A stretch of 63,229 nucleotides of DNA, counting the filler, from Asterionella formosa (lineage: Eukaryota), in NCBI GenBank assembly GCA_002256025.1. It is 25 parts of 25 records of this genome, joined end to end, with 100 filler letters (N's around TTAATTAATTAA, not from the genome) between each part and the next. Parts side by side here need not be neighbours in the genome. Positions count along the whole stretch, not along the records: positions 25,056 to 42,787 come from NKIB01004311.1; positions 42,888 to 43,990 come from NKIB01004312.1; positions 44,091 to 45,193 come from NKIB01004313.1; positions 45,294 to 46,396 come from NKIB01004314.1; positions 46,497 to 47,602 come from NKIB01004315.1; positions 47,703 to 48,805 come from NKIB01004316.1; positions 48,906 to 50,013 come from NKIB01004317.1; 18 more parts are not named here. One strand, written 5' to 3'. The position numbers and the translations under genes were made by a program. The notes beneath the pieces were generated by a model that saw only the letters and a program-made list of their open reading frames with translations, searched no databases and was not told where the DNA came from. Shown here in pieces: positions 36,433-49,247 of the stretch. Every line of letters starts with the position of its first letter. Position 1 is the first letter of the stretch.

Positions 36433-38132
36433 TTACGCATATTGAATTCTCATAACATTGGTTGCACCAGTACGGGATGAGGTTCCATGAACAACAACAA
36501 TAGGATCTCCTGTGTTTGCAACCCCAGTCTTGATAAAGAATTCAATGGTTTCACTGACAACTTGATCGGTGTGTGCCAATGATGGCAAGACGCGAGCATC
36601 ACATCCCTTGAGGACACCATAACATTGACGAGCGACGGTGGCAGACGTGGTCAAAACGGTCACAGGACGTCCAGGACGGAACTTGGCAAGCTGTCCAGCC
36701 GTGGCACCCGATTCCGAGCAAACAATAATTGCCTTGGCGTTGACATCAATGGCAGTCTTGACGGCAGACGATGCAATCGATTCAGATGTTCCCAAGTTTC
36801 CATATTTCATGAGGGTGGAGTTTCGGACAGCCTGGTAGAGAGAGTCAAAGTTGACGGCGGCTTCAGCTTCACAGCATGTGTTTCCCATGATGGTGACTGC
36901 AGCTTCAGGGTGTTCTCCATTGGCAGTTTCTCCGGAAAGCATGACACAATCAGTTCCGTCAAGAACAGCATTGGCAACGTCGGAGCATTCGGCACGAGTA
37001 GGGCGAGGGTTAGTGATCATCGACTCGAGCATCTGGGTGGCGGTAACGACGGGCTTTCCAGCAATGTTGGCAGCACGAATCATCATTTTCTGTGCAAGGA
37101 ATACCTTCTCAGGTGGGATTTCCATCCCCAAATCGCCACGAGCAACCATGATACCATCTGTAGCCTGAAGGATTTCATCGTAGTTCTCGAGTCCTTCCTG
37201 GTTCTCAATCTTGCAGATAATCTTGACATGTTGGTGGTTTGGCCCCAAAACCTCTCGGATCAAGTGAACGTCAGAGGCCTTTCTAACAAACGATGCGGCG
37301 ATGAAATCAATGTCATTGACGCATCCCCAATTTTGGATATCATCGATATCCTTTTCCGTCAAGGTCGGAAGATCAACAATGACTCCAGGAAGATTCATGT
37401 TTTTACGCTCTCCAATGGACGCATTGTTCTCGACGCGGCAAGTGATCTCTCCTCCAGGGACATCGCAACTGAGAACGACCAGGACGAGGGATCCGTCAGC
37501 AACAAGAATCTGCTGTCCAGGGGTCACCGACTTGGCAAGGGCGGGGTATGAGCAAGCCAGCTTTTGGGCAGATCCCTTGAATGAGTAATCCGAGGTCAGA
37601 ACAATGGTATCGCCCTTCATGACAGTGATCTTGTTTCCCTCAGCAAAGAATCCCGTCCGGATCTCGGGTCCCTTGGTGTCCAACAAGACAGCTACCAGCA
37701 GTGAATCGAAGCAGGAGAAGTGAGCAAGGTGCTAATCAAATTCACAAACAAATGAGAACGATACACGTAGATTCCCGATCCAATCAAGCAAAAAGTGCGA
37801 TGCCGATCCAAAACATCTAGGATCAATCAATTGCGAACCTACTGTCTTTGACTTTGCTGTTACTCACCGACATGCTTGCCCGTTTTCTTGACGGCCTCAC
37901 GAAGGCGGTCAAGGCAGGCCTTGTGGCCTTCGTGGTCGCCGTGCGAGAAGTTGAAACGAGCCACGCTCATGCCCGCATTAATGAGAGTTTCGAGCATTGG
38001 GACATCCCAGCAAGCGGGACCAAGCGTGCAGATAATCTTGGTCTGGCGAGTTTTGGGGTCAGTCGCCTGGGTGATGGTCTCCAACGTAATGTTGGATCCT
38101 CGAAGTTCAGGTCCTTGTCCAGCTTTGCTCAT
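36433..38132 (-). CDS. PK: Pyruvate kinase paralog, 2 exons (38132-37868, 37691-36433)
   Basis: Same full motif set; GT-AG intron at the same position and phase as in the neighbour. Confidence 0.97.
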
Positions 38133-39025
38133 GGTCAGGTGGTGCAGTATTTTATTTTGGGTGGCTGAAAGAAAATTAAAATGTGCGTGTAGTGCCGTTA
38201 ATTCCCGTACTTTGCTTTGTGAGCGACGATCTTGTGGCGGTGTATTGATATATCATTTTTATGTACAATAACAGGATAATTTGCTTATTATTTAGCCGTC
38301 GTCGCTGGTCTGTTGTCCTCATGATCCCGTGGTTGTTGGAATTGCATCAAATTATGGCTGCATAGTATACAGTAGTAGACTACCGGTAGTCTACCGGTAT
38401 TTAGAGCAGTACATCATAGTGCTGCTATATAAATACCAGGTACGGGGTAAGAAGGTATTGCCAGAACCTGGTACCTGGTGCCTTGTAGTAGGTAAGTACC
38501 GGAACCTTGGAAAGGTCCGGCAATTGAGAAATTTAGCTTAATCTTTTCCTAAGTAAATAACATGTTTACCGGACCTTCCTTTGGTACCTGGTACCGCAAG
38601 TCTACTTTGTCGGAGTGTGCAAGGTGGTTTATAGAACATGGTGTACTGCTGTATGGTACCAGGTACCTGTTACCATGTAGGCACCGGTACCAGGTAGGAT
38701 ACCCGGCACACAAGCAAGGCATCAATCAGTCAGTCACAACACAAAATGCACTTCCTTTCAGGCAGCAGGCAGAAAAGTTTGTTCCTCGGGAAAGCCATTC
38801 ATTAGCTTGCCATGACAATTTGAATGCATCTAATTATATATGTATTCATTACGTTTGCGCATATATACGTACGATTGCAGGGCCACGAGCACGTATCTGT
38901 CAAACTCATTTCTCCTCAACTCCACAAAGTTATAACCGGTACCCTTGTTTTCTTGCCATCACTCGAATGTAACATTGCATCAGCGCAAAAAGGAGGTGTG
39001 CGTTGCACTTTTTTCATTCCTGCTA

Positions 39026-39702
39026 TTAATGAGTTTTAATAATAGTCCGCCAACCAGCAACTCCGAGATACCTTGAAGCAACAACACCACCATTCACCAT
39101 CTGACCGAGATTGGCTTGCAACGCTTTCGCGTCCATTTTCATCTGGAGAAGGTCGTGGTCCTTGGGGAAAATCTCAAGTGCTATCTCTATTGTTTCTAAA
39201 CCATCTGTTAATGAGCCCTCTTGGTAAATCAGCATTGCTATCAGAGCCAGATAACTAGGCAAGTACTTTGGATATTGTTTGATGGATCGATTGAGAAGCT
39301 TCTTCACGTGTTGTCTGGTGGCAGTATCACTCCTTTTCTGTAGTAAATTAAGTGCTTGTCTGCAAGGGAATAGAAAATTGGTTATCATGATAAATAAATA
39401 AGATGCGCAAACCAGTGTATGTATTAGTTTCAACATCATGTACATAAAAGGACCACCCTCCATGAATGACAGCATCGACACACTTACGCGTGATACTCTT
39501 CCGCAGTTGGTGGATACATTATCTTATACATGGTGTACAGCCAATGCCATCCTATCGCGAAAGCAATTAAAAATGCTGACATTGGAAGAATAACATCCTT
39601 TCCAATTTGTTTCAAGGCTTGAGGAAGCTCTCTCAAATGATCTGGCAAGTCACGAATTATATTCTTCATGGCGACCGCGACTGCTGAATTTCTACGCCCC
39701 AT
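39026..39702 (-). CDS. Hypothetical protein with one TM helix and a TPR-like C-terminus, 2 exons (39702-39488, 39359-39026)
   Basis: GTAAG donor and TTGCAG acceptor join EEYHA-QALNLL in frame; SIKQYPKYLPSYLALI...ALEIFPKD is TPR-like. Confidence 0.6.
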
Positions 39703-40500
39703 TATTTTTGTTTCTCTCTATTTTAGAAATTGGAAATAAGGCAGTGCATCAAGGTGGAGAAACTGCCTTTTATGACTTAGCAACGGCACCAGCGGTGGAC
39801 CACTTATCGAAAAAACACTTCCCGTATACTGGCTGGTTCATGAAAGTAACTACCGGTACAGGTACCGGGAAATTTTGCAATTCAATGAATTGCTTCTTTT
39901 GGCTTGTTGTTGTCACACAAGCATACCTCCAAGTTGCGGTCATTTAGCTTAAATAAACAATTTAATATCGAATAAATAAAGCTAAATGTTTAATTAGAGC
40001 ACAATTACCGCATGTTACTGGTACCTGGTACCATAGTACCGGTATTCGTACCTTGGACCTGGGGGACCTTAAAACGTGCATTGACTACGTAGATTGTCTG
40101 GTATGGTACCTGGTAGTTAAACGACGTAAAGTATTTCTGGAATGAATTGTTCATGAAAGAAAGTTCCGGTAAAGATGGTTTTACAATCCAGTAAACAAAG
40201 CTATATTTCTCACATAATAGTACCAGGTACCGGGATTTAGTTGCTCCTCATGTGTGATTGTATTTCTGACCGTCGCACCCTGGTACGGAGTTGTCCATAA
40301 ATCGTGAACTGCGAGTAGTCAGCAGCACGGCAGAATTCATGTGCCGATCGTATACTATGTAAGAAATACATTTAAATAGCTATATTAATATATCATGTAC
40401 ACGGAGTACAAATTTTGTTTAGGAGCAAATCGAAAGATTTGAAGTGGTCACTCGCATTTTGGTGCACCCCATCGTAATCATTCCAAGAATTGAAATTTGA

Positions 40501-41725
40501 ATGGCAACTCCCATAACTACTAGACTTTCGGAGGACCAGATACAAATGGGAGAATCCCAAAAGCCACTATCATGCAGGCCTAAATTCATTCACCTCATAA
40601 TGTCTTGCTTCACGATGGCCAATCGGCACAATCAATTCAAGTCAAAACCGACGACGCAAAGCAGTGAGAGACGCGATATTGATGACGCTTTGCTTGGTAA
40701 CAGAATGCCGAAACCGGTAGGATATAAATGCTCTATTAATCGACAGTATATTTACGATACTAAAGATGTGCTTTCGCATCAACCCTTGAACCCACAACCG
40801 CCAGGACATTCAGTACGACCTCATCCCCTCGCCGAATACGAAATGCTACATTCACCTTCCAGCCTTCGCCTGGAATCTCACATGAACTTCATGCCTAGTT
40901 TTATCCTCGACCAGAAGCCAAATTCTACGTTGTCCCGCAGGGCAACCCCGCCGAGTGCCCGCAGTCCTGCTGGACTTGTGTCGCTTTCAATCCACCAACG
41001 AATAGTCCAACTGCAGTCCCGTGTTCCTCCAATTCCAGAGGTACAATTTAAAAACCAAAACTTTCAGGTTCATCATCGTTACTATCGCCATATCATGACG
41101 GAAAAGTTCCGATCATCCTCTGCTTATCGATCGGTTGGCGATCCCGCACTTCGAATCTATCGCATATATCTCCCACCACAGCTAATACAGCTGTTGGACG
41201 AGATTGTCGGGTCGTGCGAGCGTCATGCTGCCACCCTTCCAAAAGGCTGGTACACGGATTTATACTCTCTTACCAAGCAGGATATCGCGTTACGTGATAT
41301 TCCTTCCCAGTTTCATGCATGTAAGCCTATTATGAACTATATTCGAAACTGTATGCTTGCACTCTGGGGCGTACAGGCGATCAAGATGGACAGAAATCAA
41401 CCTCATGTTTTGAAGTACTCTGCTGAAGAGGGGCATACTGGGGTTGAATTGCACCATGATAAGTGTGATGTCACTGCCAATCTGTGTCTCTCAAAACCGA
41501 GAAGTTATATTGGGGGAGGGTAAGAACGCACGCGACGTGATGTGACTGATACATTTCAACTTGCTCATGTGGTTGTTTGTTAGTACCTTTTTCCCAGATG
41601 CTTATGAAGTGGTGAAGTTAGATTTCGGGGAGTTTATTCTCCACCCTGGCTCTCTTGTTCATGCAGGAATGAATATCACCGGGGGAACTCGACATTTGAT
41701 GGTAGTATTCGCAAACGTCAAATAG
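40501..41725 (+). CDS. 2-oxoglutarate/Fe(II) dioxygenase (prolyl/lysyl hydroxylase-like), 2 exons (40501-41519, 41584-41725)
   Basis: LHHDKCDVTANLCL (HxD); splicing gives YIGGGTFFP; exon 2 has HPGSLVHAGMNITGGTRHLMVVF (distal H and R); start codon uncertain. Confidence 0.85.
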
Positions 41726-42078
41726 ATCCCAATATGTTGACATAGTGTGCAAATGAAGAGATAGCTGCTTCTGAATATGAGCCACCTTGATGACCCTCAG
41801 TGTACCATTACTTGAGTTAACGAGGTTAAGATACTTTCCTGCTAAAAGTTCTAAAATAGAGAATTCAGAAAGACTAAGACCAAACTAGAATGGGACGTTG
41901 GCGAGAAGGAAAAGTATAATTTGTTCATCTCTACGAATTTATTACCCGCTGATATGCATAAAGAAAAGTTTGTCAAGTCAAACCCAAATGACATCGTTGT
42001 CATATATGTTACCATTGTAACTACCTTAGTAAAGGAGACTTAGATGCAGGCTAGCAGGTCAAAGTGACCGCTGTTATG

Positions 42079-42787
42079 TTAGATGCAACTGGGCCATGCC
42101 ATGGTGGCTCGACAGTGTCTCCACGTTATATTGAGCGTGAAATCGGCTCCAAAATGGTTGATCATGGTCGCACATGAATACGCTCCCGTTGCAGTGACCC
42201 AGAGAAAGATGAACCAAAAGTTGTTACGGAAGATATACGAAAGGACACGTGACATTGTCAGCTGGCGTTCCTTCACTCTGCGAAACAACACGGTCAGTGA
42301 CGCAATAATAACAATGTCACCAACGACAGAGGAAATGCCAAAGACGCGGGCTCGCATCCATTCTTCAGCAGATATGTCAAATGTTGCGTTCAAATGCCGG
42401 TGAATTGGAAATTTCCGAGTCAGCCAAAGGGCGCCCAAGTGCTGCATCAAGACAATGAGACCCAAGATCTCAGATCCCAATGAGTCGACAATGTGGTAGA
42501 ACTGACGTTGGAACCAAATTTCCTCGAGCAGTTTTTCCGAGGGAATCCTGGCAGCCTTTGTGTTCGCAAAATGGGCCCTTCTGTCGGTTGTATGGTCCTC
42601 CGCTGCTCCAGTGGCGACCTCAGATGATGATTTTCCAGTGATTTCGTTCTCATTAGTTTTCAGGGAAATTTCGATCAATGTGTCAGTTGATTCATGACTG
42701 CCAACTGATACAGTTTCCTCTTCAAAATCAACGAGAGTGGAGATGCTTAATTGAGACGATTCTTCGTCAGATTCCTGGCCTTCGTCG
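42079..42787 (-). CDS. Multi-pass membrane protein, C-terminal fragment
   Basis: Open frame with 3-4 hydrophobic segments, running from the contig edge. Confidence 0.55.
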
Positions 42788-44714
42788 NNNNNNNNNNNNN
42801 NNNNNNNNNNNNNNNNNNNNNNNNNNNNNNNTTAATTAATTAANNNNNNNNNNNNNNNNNNNNNNNNNNNNNNNNNNNNNNNNNNNNAGATCGCTTGATT
42901 CCTTCCGTTTAGAGTTGTGGAAGTTCTGTAATCAAAAAGGTGCAAATTGACACTTTGGTCGGGAAATCAAGCGAGTTGTTGCAACGTCATTTTAGTTGGA
43001 GTACGGAGTCCTCCATACCAGGTAGCTATGTAAAACCAATGACACGTCGGCCACCTACAATATAATAAACAGTAACTGGAACAACCGCAGAACGTGCTTA
43101 TAACCACTTAACGGCAATAAATTTGGGATGTTAAATAATATTAACTAGTTATTCAGAACTGAGTACATGTTTAGAGCGCGTCGTGCATGGACTTGCACGC
43201 TTCCGTGGAGGCTTGGCTTGTGCTCGTGAGCCTTGATGCTTTAGTTAAAAGTGAACAAGAAAAATAAAGCATTCGGTGCTTAAGTTAAAACTAAATTAAG
43301 TTTCCTGCGTAAGTTAAAAGTTTCTTCGTTGGGAAGGCCGGCGTGCATGCATTTTACCCGGCCGGCCCATCCAAAAGGACGTTAACGTGCAACGCCTTTA
43401 GTTGTTGCTGCGAATTTTGAAACGTGTATCAAGAACTCACTCTTCCATGTGCTTATGCACGTTTTCCGTATTTACCTGGTACTCCATCACATTACATACA
43501 TACTACAGTCGAATCAGTAGTAAGTAAATACTGTACCAGGTACTGTAAAGGAACATTATGTACTGATTGGTTTGCTTTGCCTACAGTATTCACAAGTGCC
43601 GGTATTTAGACAGTTCTGCTGAATCTACATATACCAGCATACTTACCAGTGGAATAATAAAGCCTACGGCATACGGTAGGCATAAATCTATTGATAGTAA
43701 TTACGGATGTACTAAATTGGGCAATTGTATGAAGAAAACCACAGGTTGGTTCTTTATAATATATAAATGAATGAAAAGAAAACGAATGATTTTGAGTAAA
43801 TTAATCAAAGCGCGGCATAAATGAATCAGACTTGTTTCAATCGCTCCACTCTCGCTCATCATCGTCAAGTTTCATCGATTACATACAGTATCTGTCGGTT
43901 TACAGATTTACCGGTGAATGTGTATCTATTATCCTCACGTGCGATTGTTTATTTGCAAGCAATAAACAAACCCAAAACATAACGTAGTGTNNNNNNNNNN
44001 NNNNNNNNNNNNNNNNNNNNNNNNNNNNNNNNNNTTAATTAATTAANNNNNNNNNNNNNNNNNNNNNNNNNNNNNNNNNNNNNNNNNNNNGATGATCACT
44101 GAGTGTGTAAACGGTGCTACTTGATTGCTAGTGCACTAGCTGTCACTATGTACGGGTATAATTTTCTGTCCAACGACAAAATATACCGGGACCAGATAGC
44201 TATAACTATATACTCCACATATGTACATAACATACCGATAATAATACATCATAAATGTACAAGAGAGGTGAGGGTTGATTATTTTAACACGTTCTGACGC
44301 GTCGTTTGAATATAATAATAACCTCATTAAAGGAGCATGATACAGGTACACACATACCGGCCGCCGTTACCTCCTGGTACCAGGGTACCAGGTAGTCTCC
44401 ATTTCAATGGCAGAAGACAGCCAGCGATGATGGAGCAGAGAAAGTTGCGGAAAATAGGAAATTTAGCTTTGTTTTCCTTTCTGTAAAAACCGTCTTATAC
44501 GGCAACTCCCAGGGTAGCCTAGTACCAGTACCGTTATGTAGTTAGATATGTTGTACGACTCCAATTGATGAAGCATCATTTGTATCATGAGGCGATGGCT
44601 GATCACGGCATATCCCGATATGCAGATCTAATGAGTTTAGTTGCCTTTGGGAACATATACATATATATATCATTCTCGTATGTGGAGTATTATGTAGCCC
44701 CTAACTTTTATTTT

Positions 44715-44890
44715 AAATACCAGTACCACACAGCATATTATGAATAGTTCGAGCTATTACTGATACCTGGTACCGTTACGGGCATGGAGACTACGGTATT
44801 AGCTCTTAACTTTTCTTTTAAAAACCAGCACCACACAGCACATTGTGAATTGTTCGAGCTGTTACTCTAGGCAGTACTGATACCAGGTAA
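44715..44890 (+). repeat. Imperfect local direct repeat (about 50 bp, about 107-bp spacing)
   Basis: accagtaccacacagcatattatgaatagttcgagctattact vs accagcaccacacagcacattgtgaattgttcgagctgttact. Confidence 0.75.
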
Positions 44891-45420
44891 CAGGTACCTT
44901 CATGTTTAAATATGTTTGAATTATATATACATACTGAACATTGCTATGCATAATATCCCGGTATGATGATACGCATTTACTTTCAGTCCAGACGTCTATA
45001 CTTTACCCGGAAGTACCAGGTACCTGTTCGACCCCGATCCTCTGCCTACTCGTAATACCGGTATACATAGAATTGTACGGTAGTAGCCCGCTAAAATTGT
45101 TATGACTTTTTCATTTTTGTGCTTGCAGTTTGTTGTTCGGCTGCTGCCGGCAAGTCATTTTTTCATTTCTATCATCGTCCTGCTGGTTGATTANNNNNNN
45201 NNNNNNNNNNNNNNNNNNNNNNNNNNNNNNNNNNNNNTTAATTAATTAANNNNNNNNNNNNNNNNNNNNNNNNNNNNNNNNNNNNNNNNNNNNCTACTAC
45301 TGGTAATGGTAGTATTCAGCAACTGGACGATAATTTGCTTATCTGGTTCACCAATCAGTAACTTCTAACTAGTCGTAGGAGTCAGTTTCTATTGGTTTTC
45401 AGCAAATTCTAGTCGTATGT

Positions 45421-46396
45421 CATCTAAGCCGCGTATTACGTGAAGTGACCATCACGTAAATAAGCCTAGTTGATTTTGAATGGATCACATGAATTATTGA
45501 ATACATCAAAATGCTTACTTGAATATATCTATATATTATCTGAATACATCACGTTAATTATTTGATCAGAGTATCATGCATGCATTCCTGATCATCACTA
45601 TATTACGTGATCACTTTCACATAATTATTTGAAATACTTCACATAATTATTTGAAATACTTCACATAATTATTTGAAATACTTCACATAATTATTTGAAA
45701 TACTTCACATAATTATTTGAAATACTTCAATTAATTCTGTAATTCAGTTCACATTGTCTTAAATTTTTGTTCACGTAATTCTATAATATGGTTCACGTAA
45801 TTTATTAAATTTTTACGTATTTTAAAAGTACTATCAAATAATGTTGATTACTAATTCAACAACCGGTATTTCACATTACATGGGAAACAAATCTCGATAT
45901 GCAATCAAACAAAGCTGTTCTATCAGAATGGAATCTTCAGTCTTGAGAAGGCAGGCATTATGAGACATCTGTAAGGACATTGCAAGACAAGGAGAAGCCA
46001 TTCATTCAGAAGGGGGAAATTATTCACTCTTGAACAGGCATCATTCTACGAAGTTGCAACATGAATGCATCCTCACACACTGATTTCCTTCTTGTACTTG
46101 AAATGACTTCTTCATTGACCTGCAGAGATTTTCATAACAACAGTGTGTCAGTAATGTATATGATAGAACTAGCAACAGCAGAAAGCAACACACAGTTCAT
46201 TCCGGACCTCATTGTCCCTGCCTGTTGTCAACAACAATGCGTGAGCTGACAAGCCATACTAGCATTTAGGTACACAACAAGAACACACTCACCATTCAAC
46301 TGTATTGCAGAGTTCTTTCATTTGAGTCGAGGATTCAATTGACATTGCAGCAACCTATGCAGTTACAGAAACAATGAGAAGGAATGATTTGTTAGC
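45421..46396 (+). mobile_element. Family A element, left end copy 2 (22-bp array x5 at 45616-45729)
   Basis: Starts CATCTAAGCCGCGTATTACGTGAAGTGACC; colinear with 26945-27670. Confidence 0.85.
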
Positions 46397-46496
46397 NNNN
46401 NNNNNNNNNNNNNNNNNNNNNNNNNNNNNNNNNNNNNNNNTTAATTAATTAANNNNNNNNNNNNNNNNNNNNNNNNNNNNNNNNNNNNNNNNNNNN

Positions 46497-47475
46497 GAGC
46501 GGAGAATGCTCAAATGTTAAATACACTTGAAGAAAACAAAACATTTTACACTGAACGTCAATTTCAGAGAGCTAAGCGAGCTCGTGATCTATTTCATGCC
46601 TTGGGTACACCATCAATTAATGATTTCAAGGCAATAATTCGTATGAATACGATCAACAATAATCCAGTGACTACCGATGATATCAAAATTGCAGAGAAAA
46701 TTTTTGGACCTGACATCCTCGGAACACTAAAAGGCAAGACAACTCGTCGCAAGCCGCTGCCAGTCGTGAACGACTACATCGAGATTCCTAAGGAGCTTAT
46801 TCAAGCTCAACGCGAAGTAACACTGTGCATGGATGGAATGAAAGTCAATGGACAATCATTTCTCACAACAATTTCTCAAAACATTATGTATAGGACAGCG
46901 CAATGGGTCAAGAATCAGACAGCTGAAGTCTATCGAGATGCTTTGATTGAAGTATTCCGTGTTTATAATACCGGAGGATTTAAAATTACAACAATCCACT
47001 GTGACAACGAGTTTCGACCTTTGATGGAACAAATTTCCAATGAATTTCAAGTCACTATGAACTACGCAAACCCACAAGAACACGTTCCCGAAGCGGAGCG
47101 AAATAATCGAGTGATTAAAGAACACGTGCGCTCAGCTTATCATTGATTACCTTTCAAACATTTGCCGCGACTGATGATTAAGATTCTAGTGACAGAATCT
47201 GCAAGGAAACTGAATTTCTTTCCGGCAAAGAACGGGATATCCCCGTATTACAGTCCTCGTATGATTTTACATCAACGAAACCTGGACTATGCTCGACATT
47301 GCCAGTATACATTTGGCACTTATGTCCAAGCACATGAAGAACCTGTGTTTTCAAACACTAATGCACCCCGCAGCCTAGCTAGATTGCATTTCTCTACGCT
47401 ACAATGACAATGTGCAAGGAGGTCATGAATTGTTACACCTACCTACAAATTCATTGATCACTAGACGAACAATTA
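46497..47475 (+). mobile_element. Decayed Ty1/copia pol fragment (pre-integrase + integrase)
   Basis: LCMDGMKVN, IHCDNEF, EHVPEAERNNRVIKE (D,D,E); in-frame stop at 47144-47146; frameshift near 47380; cut by a family B insertion. Confidence 0.85.
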
Positions 47476-47602
47476 CATCTACAACGCCGATTACTGGTAC
47501 AGCCGCCACAAAAAAAACGCTAGTCAAATATGATCACCCAAATTAATTATTTGGGTGGCCCAATATGACGAATTTAGCTACGTACATAATTTAAGGGTAT
47601 GA
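47476..47602 (+). mobile_element. Family B element end (CATCTACAACGCCG...), inserted in the copia integrase
   Basis: Nearly identical to 56258 onward and to the reverse complement of 55233-55359. Confidence 0.85.
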
Positions 47603-47702
47603 NNNNNNNNNNNNNNNNNNNNNNNNNNNNNNNNNNNNNNNNNNNNTTAATTAATTAANNNNNNNNNNNNNNNNNNNNNNNNNNNNNNNNNNNNNNNNNN
47701 NN

Positions 47703-48377
47703 CGTACGAGTCAAGTAATATGGCAAATGTGATTGCCTTGTCAGGTCAGTGGACAAAATGCACGATTAACGAGAATGAGAACCCCGACATTTGGTTTGTG
47801 GAGTTGGATAGAATTCGAGAACGATTGAGTCATACGAGCTCCGCAATATCGGATGGTGCCTATGTGGCCCATGTTATCAACAACCTACCGGAAGTCTACA
47901 AGAGTTTGGTGGTTGGAAAATTTGGTCTCGCGAGCTCCGAGCTCACGATCCAAGAGGTCAAGAAGAATGTACGCGACTATTACGATTTGTATGTGCGTGA
48001 CGAAACCAAGACGAATAAGAATGGCGAGCAGGCCTTCTTTTCAAAAAGCAAGTTTAAGGGAGACTGCAGGAAGTGTGGCAAGTATGGCCACAAGGCAGTT
48101 GATTGCCGAAGCAAGGGCAATACTACAGAAAAGAGAGAATTAACTCCCGAGCAACGAAATAAGAGAAAGAATGTGAAGTGTTATAATTGCCAGAAGATGG
48201 GGCACTATGCCAGTGAGTGCAACAATCAAAAAAATGCACCAATCAAACAGAAGGGAGAAGACGCCAATACTACTACGCAAGGAATGTTCGTGGTGACGTG
48301 TATTGAGGCAAGGTACAATGAAGAGGTAAATTATACGTGCGTGCATAAGGACCGTTGGCTACTGGATAGTGGCGCTA
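47703..48377 (+). mobile_element. Ty1/copia gag-protease fragment, related to 24138-24955
   Basis: Two CCHC knuckles (CRKCGKYGHKAVDC, CYNCQKMGHYASEC), protease WLLDSGAT; aligns by eye with the gag at 24476 onward. Confidence 0.9.
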
Positions 48378-48805
48378 CATCTAAGCCGCGTATTACGTGA
48401 AGTGACCATCACATAAATAAGCCTAGTTGATTTTGAATGCATCACATGAATTAGTTGAATACATCAAAATACGTAGTTGAATATATCTATATATTATCTG
48501 AATACATCACGTTAAATATTTGATCAAAGTATCATGCATGCATTCCTGATCATCACTATATTATGTGATCACGTTCACATAATTATTTGAAATACTTCAC
48601 ATAATTATTTGAAATACTTCACATAATTATTTGAAATACTTCACATAATTATTTGAAATACTTCACATAATTATTTGAAAATACTTCACATAATTATTTG
48701 AAATACTTCACGTAATTCTGTAATTTCGTTCACATAATTCTAGAATAAAGTTCACTTAATATGTAACATTTGTTTACGTAATTTTCTGGAGTTCATTCAA
48801 CTAAA
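48378..48805 (+). mobile_element. Family A element, left end copy 3 (22-bp array x6 at 48574-48706), inserted at the copia protease motif
   Basis: CATCTAAGCCGCGTATTACG starts within the codons following DSGA. Confidence 0.85.
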
Positions 48806-48905
48806 NNNNNNNNNNNNNNNNNNNNNNNNNNNNNNNNNNNNNNNNNNNNTTAATTAATTAANNNNNNNNNNNNNNNNNNNNNNNNNNNNNNNNNNNNNNN
48901 NNNNN

Positions 48906-49247
48906 TAAGAATCCTTCACCCAGAACTTTTCCCAACACTAGGATTCGATCCTCCACCGTCGTTTCTGTAGCTCCTCCGCGAACGTGATTCCAGAAAGCCG
49001 GATAGTGTTCTTCCAATAATCTGGCTTTGCGAGCCTTTTTGACTGGCCCCATTCGAAGAGCCATCCACTCGAATTGAGATACAGCCTCCTCTTTCGAATC
49101 AAACAGAGCTGTCTCGTCGAGCGCAAATGCACCTCGTGCCCATAGATCCAATTTGGCGGCATGCAGTCGAATCGCCAGGTCATCTTGTCCTTGCACAACC
49201 ACAATGGTGGTGGTGAAAATTAGCAAGCAAACGAGACGACGAATCAT
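48906..49247 (-). CDS. Hypothetical secreted protein, 5' fragment
   Basis: MIRRLVCLLIFTTTIVVVQG signal-like start; open to contig end. Confidence 0.5.

Noticed and set aside
35140..37551. Long antisense ORFs over the pyruvate kinases (217 aa, 308 aa)
   Set aside because: Shadow frames produced by codon bias of the real genes
43060..43400. Possible LTR resembling 23852-24120
   Set aside because: Only short AT-rich similarity; no clear TG..CA boundaries
45616..45729. 22-bp repeat array as a CRISPR array
   Set aside because: Units are directly adjacent with no spacers, there are no cas genes, and the context is a eukaryotic TE
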